Positions 1-9,825 of a DNA stretch of 64,000 nucleotides are shown piece by piece. This DNA is from Candidatus Cloacimonadales bacterium (lineage in GTDB: Bacteria; Cloacimonadota; Cloacimonadia; Cloacimonadales; JAIOQZ01), in NCBI GenBank assembly GCA_963674825.1, contig OY771587.1:3168001-3232000 (forward strand). Reading direction: 5' to 3'. Below the pieces are notes generated by a model. That model saw nothing but the letters and a program-made list of their open reading frames with translations. It was not told where the DNA came from and searched no databases. A program made the translations under genes and the position numbers. The stretch's first letter is position 1. The number at the start of each line of letters is the position of its first letter.

Positions 1-2272
1 TTCCATAAAGCTCGGCTTTAAGGATTTCGTCTTGCAATTCCGGTACGATTTCCAGGCCCTTGAAGTAGAGGTCGTAGGCCATTGTATATTCACCGCGTTT
101 CTCGTACACGGTACCGATATTGTTGTAGGACCGGCAGAGGCCGTCCAGGAAGCTGTTCTCCTTGGACCGTTCGATCGCGTTTTCAAAGTACTCGATCGCG
201 TGTGCCCAGTTGCCAGACTTGAAATAGAGCGCGCCAAGATTGTTCAGTGCACTGATGATGTTGCGCGTGAGATTGAATGTCAGCGCGGTTTCCAGGGATT
301 TGTTGAAGGCTTCGTCTGCCAGGTCGTACTCCGCGTTGTCCATATAGGTGACACCGATATTATTGTAGATATTCGTGATATTGTAACGGTCGCTGAGCAT
401 TTTCTGGATATGCAGCGCTTTATACAGGTAATCGAGCGATTGCCTGTCGTCGCCTTTTTCTTCGAGTAGAGCTCCGAGGTTATTGTAGCATACGGAGATG
501 CCATTCAAGTTGAAGCGTTGCTGTTCCTGATGCAAGCTCTTCTCGTAAAATTCGAGGGTTTTGTCCCATTCGCCCTGAAGCATGGCGATTACGCCAATAT
601 TGTTGCTGATCGCAGCCAGGCCTTCGAGATTCCCCGTCTTGGCGTAAAGCCGTTCCGCTTCACGAAAGACCATCTCGGCTTTTTCCCACTGATTGGTGCT
701 GTAATACACTTTCGCACGAAATTTTCTCACATCACCGAGGATATTGGTTCTCGTCGTGTCGTCCTTGATATTGGCGGCGATTTCTTGTGCGTCATCAAGC
801 TGTTGGATCGATTCATCCGTCTTTTCCATATCGATCAGGATGTCTGCGTGCAGGAGAATCATCTTGCTCTTCCAGTAAGGATCAATTGCATTTCCCTGGT
901 ACTTGCGGATGACTTCCAGCGCGAACGCGGATGAATTGATGGAGAAAAGGCTGTCTGCCAGGCGGAAGACAATCTCTTCTGCCGGAAGCTGATGTGTAGT
1001 ACAGAGTTTGAGTGCTTGACGGAAATTCTCAGCCGATGCTTCGATGCGGTTCAGGCTGCGATTAACAATACCAAGGTTCTTGTATGTCTCGACGAGCTTG
1101 GCCGGCTGAGTCTGGTTGGGTAACATAGCGTTGTAAATTTCTCGCAGGCTTTCCAGGTCGAGAATCTTACGCAATGCAATGATAATCGGTTCCCATAGTT
1201 TGGAGTTATACTCGCCCACCATATATTGATAAAATGCTTTACTGTGCGCAGAGAGTTCGAGCGCGTCAGCGTTTTTCAGAATATTCCGTATCGCCTTCTT
1301 CTGAGTGTCCTGGGTCAGGCTCTTGAAGAAGGTTTTGAAGAAAACGGCCTTCCGAATTGTGAAGCGATTTTCAATAACGCGCACAATATCGTTTGTGACC
1401 AGTTTGTCCAGATCTGCTTGAGTATATTTGCAGAGCAATTGAAGCTTCTCATCGGTTGCGTCCTGATCAAGCAGGAAAATACTTACGGCGAGGTCGAGTT
1501 GCTTGGCATTGAGCGACTCGGTGAGTACACTGTGGATGGTCTGCGCGGTAAGCTTCTCGTCAAGGTATTGGGAAAGGTCGAAGTGTTGCGGCTTTCCATC
1601 GACGAAGAACCGGTTCAGAAAGTGCTCAAGCACGAAGATATTGCCTTCTGTGAGGTTATGAAGAATCTCGGCGTCTGAATCCAGCTTTTTCTCCTCATCG
1701 GGGAATAGAGTATCGAGGACTTGCAAAATCTGGTCGTCAGAGAGGAATTCAAGGTGTATCTTGTGTGAGAAGGGGAACGTATCATGGTTCGTGAACGTGA
1801 TAAAGTTAATTCTCTTATCGTGTGCGTATTGAACAAGATACTGGATAAAATCGAGGGTGTACTGGTCCAATAAATTACAGTCGTCCACCAAAACGAGCTG
1901 AGAATTGAGTTTCTTTTCCTGATTCAGCGTTTCTGTGAGATAATAGTAGAAGTCGTATTTGCTGTTCAGGTTGAATTGCTGAGCGTGGTCCACGAGTTTG
2001 AAATACTCATCCTGTGTAATGCTGCTAAGCAAGTGGATTAGTTTACCAAACTGGTTGAAACGGAACATCTCGGCAGAAAAGCTCTTGAATTGGGTTTGCT
2101 GTTCTTCGAGAATTTGCTTCAAGCGTTCATAAAAGTAAGTTTTCCCGGAACCGGAGGGTCCTACGATCTCAATTAGCTGGCTGTCGTTGTGTTTTAAAAT
2201 TCCAGTAATTTCTTTAATCGTTTCCGGTTTTGTGACGTATTGTAGCAACGCACGGTTCACTTTTTTATCCAT
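1..2272 (-). CDS. P-loop NTPase (STAND/AAA-like) plus TPR-repeat protein; 3' end runs off the window
   Basis: Not in the ORF track because there is no stop in the window. Manual translation from ATG 2272 (MDKKVNRALL) gives Walker A GPSGSGKT, Walker B LVLVDD and many TPR units (YNNLG, YNNIG, ALNNLGALY). The + ORFs at 32, 518 and 1226 are its in-register antisense shadows. Confidence 0.9.
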   Translation of the reverse strand, partial: MDKKVNRALLQYVTKPETIKEITGILKHNDSQLIEIVGPSGSGKTYFYERLKQILEEQQTQFKSFSAEMFRFNQFGKLIHLLSSITQDEYFKLVDHAQQFNLNSKYDFYYYLTETLNQEKKLNSQLVLVDDCNLLDQYTLDFIQYLVQYAHDKRINFITFTNHDTFPFSHKIHLEFLSDDQILQVLDTLFPDEEKKLDSDAEILHNLTEGNIFVLEHFLNRFFVDGKPQHFDLSQYLDEKLTAQTIHSVLTESLNAKQLDLAVSIFLLDQDATDEKLQLLCKYTQADLDKLVTNDIVRVIENRFTIRKAVFFKTFFKSLTQDTQKKAIRNILKNADALELSAHSKAFYQYMVGEYNSKLWEPIIIALRKILDLESLREIYNAMLPNQTQPAKLVETYKNLGIVNRSLNRIEASAENFRQALKLCTTHQLPAEEIVFRLADSLFSINSSAFALEVIRKYQGNAIDPYWKSKMILLHADILIDMEKTDESIQQLDDAQEIAANIKDDTTRTNILGDVRKFRAKVYYSTNQWEKAEMVFREAERLYAKTGNLEGLAAISNNIGVIAMLQGEWDKTLEFYEKSLHQEQQRFNLNGISVCYNNLGALLEEKGDDRQSLDYLYKALHIQKMLSDRYNITNIYNNIGVTYMDNAEYDLADEAFNKSLETALTFNLTRNIISALNNLGALYFKSGNWAHAIEYFENAIERSKENSFLDGLCRSYNNIGTVYEKRGEYTMAYDLYFKGLEIVPELQDEILKAELYG

Positions 2273-2500
2273 TGTTTCCCCTCAGAATACAGACATTTTG
2301 TTAACCCTTAGGCAGATAACGCACCGCTCGTCAACACCGATTACATGTGCCAACAATGTTTTCATATAATGTAATGCCGCTCAGAATTTGTCAACAATGT
2401 TTTTTTCGTAAAGAATGATTACAGGTGAAACAATCCCTTTAGAAGCGAGTTGGCAGAAGAAATAAAAAATGCGTCATCACTCACTTTAGGCGGGGCTATG

Positions 2501-3493
2501 CTATAGCTTCCACACTTTATCTTCAAGCACTTCCTTGAATGTTGAATGCAGGGTTGAAGGGGGAATTGTGTTCATGCATTTAAAATGCAATTTTGGGCAC
2601 TCTTTTGAGCCGTGTAGTGAACATGGGCGACAGGCAAGTTCTTTTTCGATTACGATTGCGTTTGGATTCAAAGGTTTGAAGCCAAGGTTTGTGTGCGTAG
2701 CGCCAAAGATGGAAATTTGCGGTTTTTCAAGTGCTGCTGCTATGTGCATCGGGCCGGAATCTCCGGAAATGAGGCATCCAAAACGATTGATCAGATTCAC
2801 GAGTTGATCTGGCATCGTTCTGCCACAGAGATCAAAGGTGTTGTGTGGGCATTTCTGATGGATTTCCGCGCATATTTCCCGATCACTATTGGCTCCGATG
2901 AGGATGAACTGGCAGTTCCAGGTATCGGGGATCGAATCGATAAACCGAATCCAATAGGGTCGGGGATAACGCTTGGTGAAATGCTGTGCTCCAGGGGCGA
3001 TTCCGATGAGGGTTTTAGCCGGTGTTACATTATGCTCGATGAAAAGCTCGTCGATGAACGGCTCGTGCTCCGGCTTTGGCGTGAGAACTGGATTGCGAAG
3101 CGGGACATGGATATCGAGTTTGTCGAGCGCGCTGTAGTATAGCTCGAGGGTGGTACCGATGGTTTTGCGGGTAAGGTGTTTGACGATGAGCCAGCGAGTA
3201 AAACGCTGTTTGTTGTAGAATACCTTGCGCGCGGCGTTGAGTCGCATCAGTTTGTAGATGCTTCCGGGTTTGGCCTGGAGGTCGATCGCGATATCGTATC
3301 GAAGGCTACGGTCGAGCTCATCGGCTGGAATAATCTTATCCACTTCGCTGAAGCATTCCACGAGTGGTATGAACGCTTTCTTGCAGCAGAAGTGTATCTC
3401 CGCGTCGGGGTATTTCTCGCGCAGTACAGCGACGATTGGCTGGGTCAGAATGATGTCCCCCAGCGAACTCCAGCGGATTACAAGGATTCTCAT
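2501..3493 (-). CDS. Glycosyltransferase family 9 (LPS heptosyltransferase-like)
   Basis: MRILVIRWSSLGDIIL N-terminus, APGA..TKRYP, DSGPMHIAAAL, IFGAT, CRPCSLHG..CP..HFKCM. Confidence 0.9.
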   Translation of the reverse strand: MRILVIRWSSLGDIILTQPIVAVLREKYPDAEIHFCCKKAFIPLVECFSEVDKIIPADELDRSLRYDIAIDLQAKPGSIYKLMRLNAARKVFYNKQRFTRWLIVKHLTRKTIGTTLELYYSALDKLDIHVPLRNPVLTPKPEHEPFIDELFIEHNVTPAKTLIGIAPGAQHFTKRYPRPYWIRFIDSIPDTWNCQFILIGANSDREICAEIHQKCPHNTFDLCGRTMPDQLVNLINRFGCLISGDSGPMHIAAALEKPQISIFGATHTNLGFKPLNPNAIVIEKELACRPCSLHGSKECPKLHFKCMNTIPPSTLHSTFKEVLEDKVWKL

Positions 3494-4245
3494 TTGAAGG
3501 CGACCACGAAAACGCGAGGCTGGTTTTCCGGTTCCTGAAGGGGTAGCTCAAGTTTATCAACCTGCGCGAACCAGTGCTTGGTATAGCCGGTTTCTTTGAG
3601 TAGCTTTGCTACTTCAGTGAGTTTGAAAGCGGTGTTAAAGATTGTCTCGTCAAATCTGTCCCAAGTTCCCTGATCGTTCTTCAGGAAGCCCGACATGCGT
3701 GTGTACGAACGATTACGCTCGTCATCGTAAAGACCTCGCATGATAATGGTTGCATCGTCCATTTCGCGTACACTGATATGCCCCCAGCTATTGCGCAAGC
3801 CCGATTCGGTATTGAGATCAAAGATGAAGCATCCTCCCGGTTCGAGCGCGTTCCACACACACTGTAGTGTGCTTCGCAAGCCAGCCAGATCCGGGATATG
3901 GTTGATCGCATCATAGGTGGAGACCGCGAACTGGACTTTATGCTTCAGCTTGAAATCACGGGCGTCTGATCGTTGGAAGGAAGCTTTCTTACTACGGATG
4001 AATTCGCTGTTGTTTTCCCGGGCGTAGCGCAGCATCTCTTCCGAGAGATCGACACCAGTAACCTGATAGCCTTTCTCCGCGAAGTAGCGGACCATTCGCC
4101 CTGTACCGCAACACAGATCAAGCATTCTTGCTGGTTGCGGATAACGCGGAGCGAAGAATGCCTCCAGCCTGGGTGCTACCGTGTCGGTAAACAGATTCCA
4201 ACGCTGGTTGTAGATCCGGGCGAAATTCTTACCATAGGCTTGCAT
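3490..4245 (-). CDS. Class I SAM-dependent methyltransferase
   Basis: MLDLCCGTG, GVDLSEEML, LEPGGCFIFD; ATGA overlap with the GT9 gene. Confidence 0.9.
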   Translation of the reverse strand: MQAYGKNFARIYNQRWNLFTDTVAPRLEAFFAPRYPQPARMLDLCCGTGRMVRYFAEKGYQVTGVDLSEEMLRYARENNSEFIRSKKASFQRSDARDFKLKHKVQFAVSTYDAINHIPDLAGLRSTLQCVWNALEPGGCFIFDLNTESGLRNSWGHISVREMDDATIIMRGLYDDERNRSYTRMSGFLKNDQGTWDRFDETIFNTAFKLTEVAKLLKETGYTKHWFAQVDKLELPLQEPENQPRVFVVAFK

Positions 4246-4247
4246 GA

Positions 4248-6857
4248 CTACTTGACCATCTCCTCGATGATTGCGGGGACTTTCTCGATTGCAGCCGGGA
4301 TGCCTTCTACATCTTTTCCGCCGGCCATTGCCATATCTGGACGTCCACCGCCCTTACCTCCAACCAATTCGGCCACTTTACCTGCGATTTTTCCAGCGTG
4401 AGCGCGTTTGATAAGATCTTGGGTAACGATTACGATCAGAGAGACCTTACCGTCAATATCCGCAAAAAGCACACCGATGCCTGACCCGATCTTGCCGCGA
4501 AGCTGATCGCCGATGTCGCGCATCAAGCCGCTATTTTCGGCTGGTACTGCTCCGCAGGCAACTTTTACGCCGTTGATCTCGATCGCTTTACCGACCAGAT
4601 TGCTGACCACATCTCCCGATGCTTTCATCTGCAAGCTCTGTATTTCCTGCTGCATAGCCTTATGTTCTTCAAGCAGCGATTGAAGTTTCTGGATGGATTT
4701 ACCCGCCGGGACATTCAATAGCGCCTGAATATCTTCCTTCTCAGCTTCGAGACGCTTAACGTAGTCCTCGGATTGTGTTCCGGTTATCGCTTCGATACGG
4801 CGTACTCCAGCAGCGCTGGATGTCTCTGTGGTGATCTTGAAAAGACCGATTTCACCAGTGTAGTCGAGATGCGTTCCGCCGCAGAGTTCTTTTGAGAATT
4901 GGTCGATGGAAACAACGCGGACATCTTCCTCGTACTTCTCGCCAAAAAGCGCCATTGCACCTTCCTTGCGAGCGGCTTCGAGCTGCATTTTCCGCGTGGT
5001 AACAGGGAAGCAGGCACGAACCTTATCGTTTACCAGGCGTTCTACCAGGCTTATCTCACGGGGAGACATCGCCTTGAAATGGGTGAAGTCGAAGCGCAGG
5101 TAATACGGGTGAACCAACGAGCCTTTCTGCTGAACGTGATCACCGAGTACATCGCGGAGCGCCGCGTGCAGAAGGTGCGTTGCAGTGTGGTTACGGGCAA
5201 CGTTCTTTCGGTATTCCTTCTCGATCGCGGCAGTATATTCGTGGTCGCGAATGATACCCTTCATGAGCTTTCCGATGTGGATAAACTGGTTGCCCTGCTT
5301 TTTCACATCGGAGATCTGAATCTCAACTTCTTCGTTATAGATACGGCCCATGTCGGCGACTTGTCCGCCCGATTCGGCGTAGAATGGGGTGCGATCTAAA
5401 ATCAATCGTACATCGTTGTTATCATCGATCGTATATTTGATTATGTGACAATTTGTTGTGTCTCTGAAATATCCGATGAATTCGGTGGGCTCGTCCTCGC
5501 GATAGGTTACCCACTCGATATTCTCGAGGTTCATCACGAATTTCCCCGCTTCACGTGCTCGTGTGCGCTGCTTGTCGAGTTCGACGCTGAATCCTTCTTC
5601 ATCAACGGTCATACCGCGTTCTTCGGCGAGGATGCGGGTGAGGTCGAACGGAAATCCGAACGTGTCGTAAAGCATGAAAGCGTCTGTACCGGGGATCATG
5701 TTTCCGTCGATGCCGGACGTGATCTCCTCGAATTTTGCCAGACCCTTATCAAGGGTTGCATTGAAGCGTTCTTCCTCTGCCTGGATGATCATCTCGACAT
5801 GTGTCTTTTTCTCGATGAGTTCGTGGAAATGATGCCCCATCAAGTTACTCACAACGCTTACGAGTTTGTAAAGGAAAGGTTCATGCTGATTGAGCAGCCT
5901 TCCGTGACGCGCGGCACGTCGCAGGATTCTGCGCAGGACATATCCGCGGCCTTCGTTCGAGGGTAGTCCACCATCGGCGATCGCGAAGCTCAACGCTCGG
6001 ATGTGATCGGCGATTACACGATGCGAAACGCCAGCGTCCCCCGGATTATATTCCACGCCGGTCATCTTTGCGATGGCGTCGATGATCGGGGTGAAAAGGT
6101 CTGTATCGTAGTTTGATTTCTTATTTTGAAGCACCATGCAGACGCGCTCGAAACCAGCGCCGGTGTCAACATACTGGCTTTCGAGGGTGTGGAGTTCGCC
6201 TTCTTCGTCGCGGTTGAACTGGATGAATACCAGGTTCCAGAGTTCGATGATACGGTGGCAGTCTCCGTTTACCTTACAGACGTGTCCCGGGACATCCTTC
6301 ATGTTACAGAACTCTTCACCGCGATCGATGTGGATTTCGCTGCAAGGTCCGCAGGGACCGGTCAGGCCCATCTCCCAGAAATTATCTTTATCGCCATGAT
6401 ACTCGATATGTGAAGGATCGATGTCGGTTTCGTTTTTCCAGAAGTCGAACGCTTCCTGATCGCTGTGATGCACGGTGGCGTAAAGGATGTCTTTTGGGAG
6501 TCCCCACACCTTGGTAAAGAGCTCCCATGCCCAGCCGATCGCCTCTTTTTTATAGTAATCGGCGAATGACCAGTTGCCGAGCATCTCGAAGAAGGTATGG
6601 TGGTAGGAGTCTTTGCCGACCTCTTCCAGGTCGTTGTGCTTCCCGCCTGCGCGGATGCACTTCTGAGTATCTACCACGCGCGGAAATTCCGGCTTGGTAA
6701 CGCCCAGGAAGATGTTCTTGAACTGGTTCATGCCTGCGTTTGTGAAAAGCAGGGTGGGGTCGTCGAACGGGATCACCGGTGCTGACGGCACCTGATGGTG
6801 GTCTTTCGACAGAAAGAAATCGATAAATTGCTGACGTATCTCACTCGATGTTCTCAT
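4248..6857 (-). CDS. alaS: Alanine--tRNA ligase
   Basis: DPTLLFTNAGMNQFK, HHTFFEMLGNWSF, HTATHLLH, ELCGGTH, GGKGGGRPDMAMAGG; start moved to ATG 6857 behind GAGGA. Confidence 0.98.
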   Translation of the reverse strand: MRTSSEIRQQFIDFFLSKDHHQVPSAPVIPFDDPTLLFTNAGMNQFKNIFLGVTKPEFPRVVDTQKCIRAGGKHNDLEEVGKDSYHHTFFEMLGNWSFADYYKKEAIGWAWELFTKVWGLPKDILYATVHHSDQEAFDFWKNETDIDPSHIEYHGDKDNFWEMGLTGPCGPCSEIHIDRGEEFCNMKDVPGHVCKVNGDCHRIIELWNLVFIQFNRDEEGELHTLESQYVDTGAGFERVCMVLQNKKSNYDTDLFTPIIDAIAKMTGVEYNPGDAGVSHRVIADHIRALSFAIADGGLPSNEGRGYVLRRILRRAARHGRLLNQHEPFLYKLVSVVSNLMGHHFHELIEKKTHVEMIIQAEEERFNATLDKGLAKFEEITSGIDGNMIPGTDAFMLYDTFGFPFDLTRILAEERGMTVDEEGFSVELDKQRTRAREAGKFVMNLENIEWVTYREDEPTEFIGYFRDTTNCHIIKYTIDDNNDVRLILDRTPFYAESGGQVADMGRIYNEEVEIQISDVKKQGNQFIHIGKLMKGIIRDHEYTAAIEKEYRKNVARNHTATHLLHAALRDVLGDHVQQKGSLVHPYYLRFDFTHFKAMSPREISLVERLVNDKVRACFPVTTRKMQLEAARKEGAMALFGEKYEEDVRVVSIDQFSKELCGGTHLDYTGEIGLFKITTETSSAAGVRRIEAITGTQSEDYVKRLEAEKEDIQALLNVPAGKSIQKLQSLLEEHKAMQQEIQSLQMKASGDVVSNLVGKAIEINGVKVACGAVPAENSGLMRDIGDQLRGKIGSGIGVLFADIDGKVSLIVIVTQDLIKRAHAGKIAGKVAELVGGKGGGRPDMAMAGGKDVEGIPAAIEKVPAIIEEMVK

Positions 6858-7132
6858 GGTTTCCTCATATATCCAGACCACGTTGGGTCGGAATTTTTGC
6901 ATTTGGTTCAAAGTATTATGAGATGCTTTTTCACGTCAAGAAAGGTGTTTGCTGCATTGGAGAAAATCTCGAAGATTCCTATTGATACGCAATCAGCGAT
7001 ATGTTTCTTGGAAAACAGGATTATTTCTTGTTATCATTAATGATTAAATAATCTCTGTCCATAATTTTATGCTTGACATAGTTTTAAGATCGTATTGTGT
7101 CTTGGTAGATCAACAACAATCCAGGGGGAACT

Positions 7133-9748
7133 ATGCGCCTATCCAACTTGCTTTTCATTTTCCTTCTTATAACTATATCCAATATCTTCGCTTTTGCCGG
7201 TGGTGACGGCTCTGTCTCGAGTCCATATCAGGTGAATACTATCAATTCATTGCAGTCTGTGGCAAATTACCCGACGTCTTACTTCATTCTTACCAGTGAC
7301 ATTGATGCTTCGCCAACACAGGAATGGAATGGCGGAGATGGATTCGAACCTATCGGCAGCACAATAACTCCTTTTTCTGGGACGTTCGATGGGCAAGGTT
7401 ACACGATCAGTAATCTGCTTATCAACAAACCGGGAGGTAACAACCGGGCGTTGTTCAGTTACGTCGATGGTGCTACGATATCGAATGTAATGCTCGAAGA
7501 TTTCGACATCACTGGCGATAGCAGAGTGGCGGCTTTGGTAGCGTACCTAAATAACGGCATCGTCTATAATTGCGGATGTTCTGGGCAGATCAGCGCGAAT
7601 TCCGGTGGCGGCGGACTCATCGGCAGAATGAGCACCTCCATATTGATGTCATGCTATTCTGAAGCGGATGTAACTGGAAGAAGCAACGGAGAAAATTACG
7701 GTGGGCTTGTGGGAATAACTGAGAATAATTGTACGATCAGCAATTGCTTTGCACGTGGCGCTGTGAGTGGGTACAACAAGGTCGGTGGCCTTGTAGGGAA
7801 GCTTGAAGATGCTGGGCTTAGCAATTGTTATAGCACGGGCGAAGTAAATGCGGACGATACGGAATATGGCGGTCTGGTAGGCTTTATCGATGGGACGCAG
7901 TATGCTGACAATTGTTTTTGGGACATTGATACGTCTGGTCAGAATGCAAGCATTATCGGATCGGGCAAGACAACCGACCAGATGACTAATTTCTACATGT
8001 ATCATGGATGTGGCTGGGATTTTGTCTATGAACGCCAGAATGGAACGGACGATTTTTGGGATTTCGAATTAGATGGAAGCTATAACGATGGTTATCCATA
8101 CCTTGTCTGGCAAGATGGAGATGCTCATTCGCTCGGTCGTCCAACGGGTAATGGTACGTCGGAAGATCCCTATCGGATCGAAGAACTTTACGATCTGTTC
8201 TGGGTGTCGGCAAATGACAATTTATGGAACTACCATTTCGAGCAAACAGCCGACATCAATGCAGGCGATACCCGGAATTGGAATAATGGTGCCGGTTTCA
8301 GTCCGATTGGAAATGCCGTATATTTCACCGGAACTTACGATGGCGGGGATTACACAATCGACTCTCTATACATCAATATGGGTTACTCTATTGTTGGGCT
8401 TTTTGGCGTTGTTTCGTCAGCTGTGATACGTAACGTGAATGTAGAGGATATCGATATCAGTAGCACTTATTGCGCTGGAGGTGTAGCTGGTCATATAATG
8501 GTAGATACGGTGGTTGAACATTGTTCTGCCACAGGAGATGTTTCCGGTGGATCATGGGTTGGTGGTATCGTTGGATATGCCCATCATTCTTCTCAGATTA
8601 AAACCTCACACAGTGCAGTGAATGCTTCGGCAACATTCAATGTAGGGGGAATAGTTGGGTACGTTTTGGAGCTTGCAACGGTAGAAAACTGTTATTGCAC
8701 CGGATCAGTAACCGGAAATGGCTATGTTGGTGGTTGTATCGGCTCAACGGAGCCAAGTGTGTCCATTTCAAATTGCTATAGTACTGCTGTTGTGGTTGGT
8801 AATTACAATGATGGAGGATTCCTGGGCGCAGGAGGGAATGCTGTAACGAATTGCTTCTGGGATATCGAGACTTCAGGCTACGAAACAAGCCATGGCGGAA
8901 CCGGGAAAACGACAGCAGAGATGAAAATGATGTCAACCTACACTGACGCCGGTTGGGATTTCGTCGGAGAGGTATCGAATGGTACGAATGACATCTGGGT
9001 TTACTTCGAAGGAGAATATCCAATCCTCAGTATCGAATACAGTATTCCCGAGATCGTTCATGTAGATGACATCTCAGGCGATCAGGGTCATCAGATCGAA
9101 CTTCTCTGGAACCGTTGCAACCTGGATGTAACGTACTCGCCGAATAACTTCTATACGGTATGGAGACGGGTCGATAACACAAGGGCTATCGATACCAGTG
9201 CCATCATAGTAACGAATCCGTTATCGGTGAGTCTGGATATGTTGGATGAGAACAGCCAGATCCTACTGAATGATCGCTCCGAATACTGGACATACCTGAT
9301 GAACATTCCCGCTACCATGTACGAAGAGTATGCTGTTGTCCTGCCTACGCTGGTCGATTCATCGGCTTCGCTTCCAGAGAGTGATTATACTTCCACCTAT
9401 CGAGTGCTGTACCATTTTGATACAGGCTATTTCACATCCAACTCCGCCTCCGGCTATTCGGTCGATAACATCGCGCCTTATGCGACAAGCGATGTCACGC
9501 TGGCGTTTGGCGGTACTCGCACGGATTCGGCGACGCTCTCGTGGAATGAGGTTACGGAGGGCGGCTTTGGCGGCAACAGCTATCCGGAAGAAAACGGCGT
9601 CTGGTATCGGGTTTATACTGGTGACTTACCTGATTTCGCCTGCGATGAGACGAATCTGCTCGTGACGACACAAGGCACAAGCATCAATGTTGATCCTGCG
9701 TATGCGCAAAGGCGGTTCTACAAGATCGTAGTGAGTGATCAGCCGTAG
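7133..9748 (+). CDS. Secreted GLUG-motif repeat protein with two duplicated ~300 aa modules and C-terminal beta-rich domains
   Basis: Signal peptide; GDGS..SPYQ and GNGTSEDPYRI; repeated GGLVG/GGIVG; duplicated NCFWDI.TSG...GKTT..M and GWDFV.E..NGT.D.W; GGGGG RBS. Confidence 0.85.
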   Translation: MRLSNLLFIFLLITISNIFAFAGGDGSVSSPYQVNTINSLQSVANYPTSYFILTSDIDASPTQEWNGGDGFEPIGSTITPFSGTFDGQGYTISNLLINKPGGNNRALFSYVDGATISNVMLEDFDITGDSRVAALVAYLNNGIVYNCGCSGQISANSGGGGLIGRMSTSILMSCYSEADVTGRSNGENYGGLVGITENNCTISNCFARGAVSGYNKVGGLVGKLEDAGLSNCYSTGEVNADDTEYGGLVGFIDGTQYADNCFWDIDTSGQNASIIGSGKTTDQMTNFYMYHGCGWDFVYERQNGTDDFWDFELDGSYNDGYPYLVWQDGDAHSLGRPTGNGTSEDPYRIEELYDLFWVSANDNLWNYHFEQTADINAGDTRNWNNGAGFSPIGNAVYFTGTYDGGDYTIDSLYINMGYSIVGLFGVVSSAVIRNVNVEDIDISSTYCAGGVAGHIMVDTVVEHCSATGDVSGGSWVGGIVGYAHHSSQIKTSHSAVNASATFNVGGIVGYVLELATVENCYCTGSVTGNGYVGGCIGSTEPSVSISNCYSTAVVVGNYNDGGFLGAGGNAVTNCFWDIETSGYETSHGGTGKTTAEMKMMSTYTDAGWDFVGEVSNGTNDIWVYFEGEYPILSIEYSIPEIVHVDDISGDQGHQIELLWNRCNLDVTYSPNNFYTVWRRVDNTRAIDTSAIIVTNPLSVSLDMLDENSQILLNDRSEYWTYLMNIPATMYEEYAVVLPTLVDSSASLPESDYTSTYRVLYHFDTGYFTSNSASGYSVDNIAPYATSDVTLAFGGTRTDSATLSWNEVTEGGFGGNSYPEENGVWYRVYTGDLPDFACDETNLLVTTQGTSINVDPAYAQRRFYKIVVSDQP

Positions 9749-9772
9749 AAAGAAACATTTTACCATAAAACG

Positions 9773-9806
9773 AAACTCGCCGATTTGATACCGGCGAGTT
9801 TTATTT
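9773..9806. terminator. Intrinsic terminator between convergent genes, probably bidirectional
   Basis: Perfect 10-bp stem AAACTCGCCG/CGGCGAGTTT, followed by TATTT and preceded by an A-rich run. Confidence 0.75.
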
Positions 9807-9825
9807 AAATTGCATACGAAAATGA

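Noticed and set aside
2337..2353. Sigma54-like TTGGCACA upstream of the NTPase-TPR gene (minus strand)
   Set aside because: Good -24 element but no GC at -12 (reads ATCGG).
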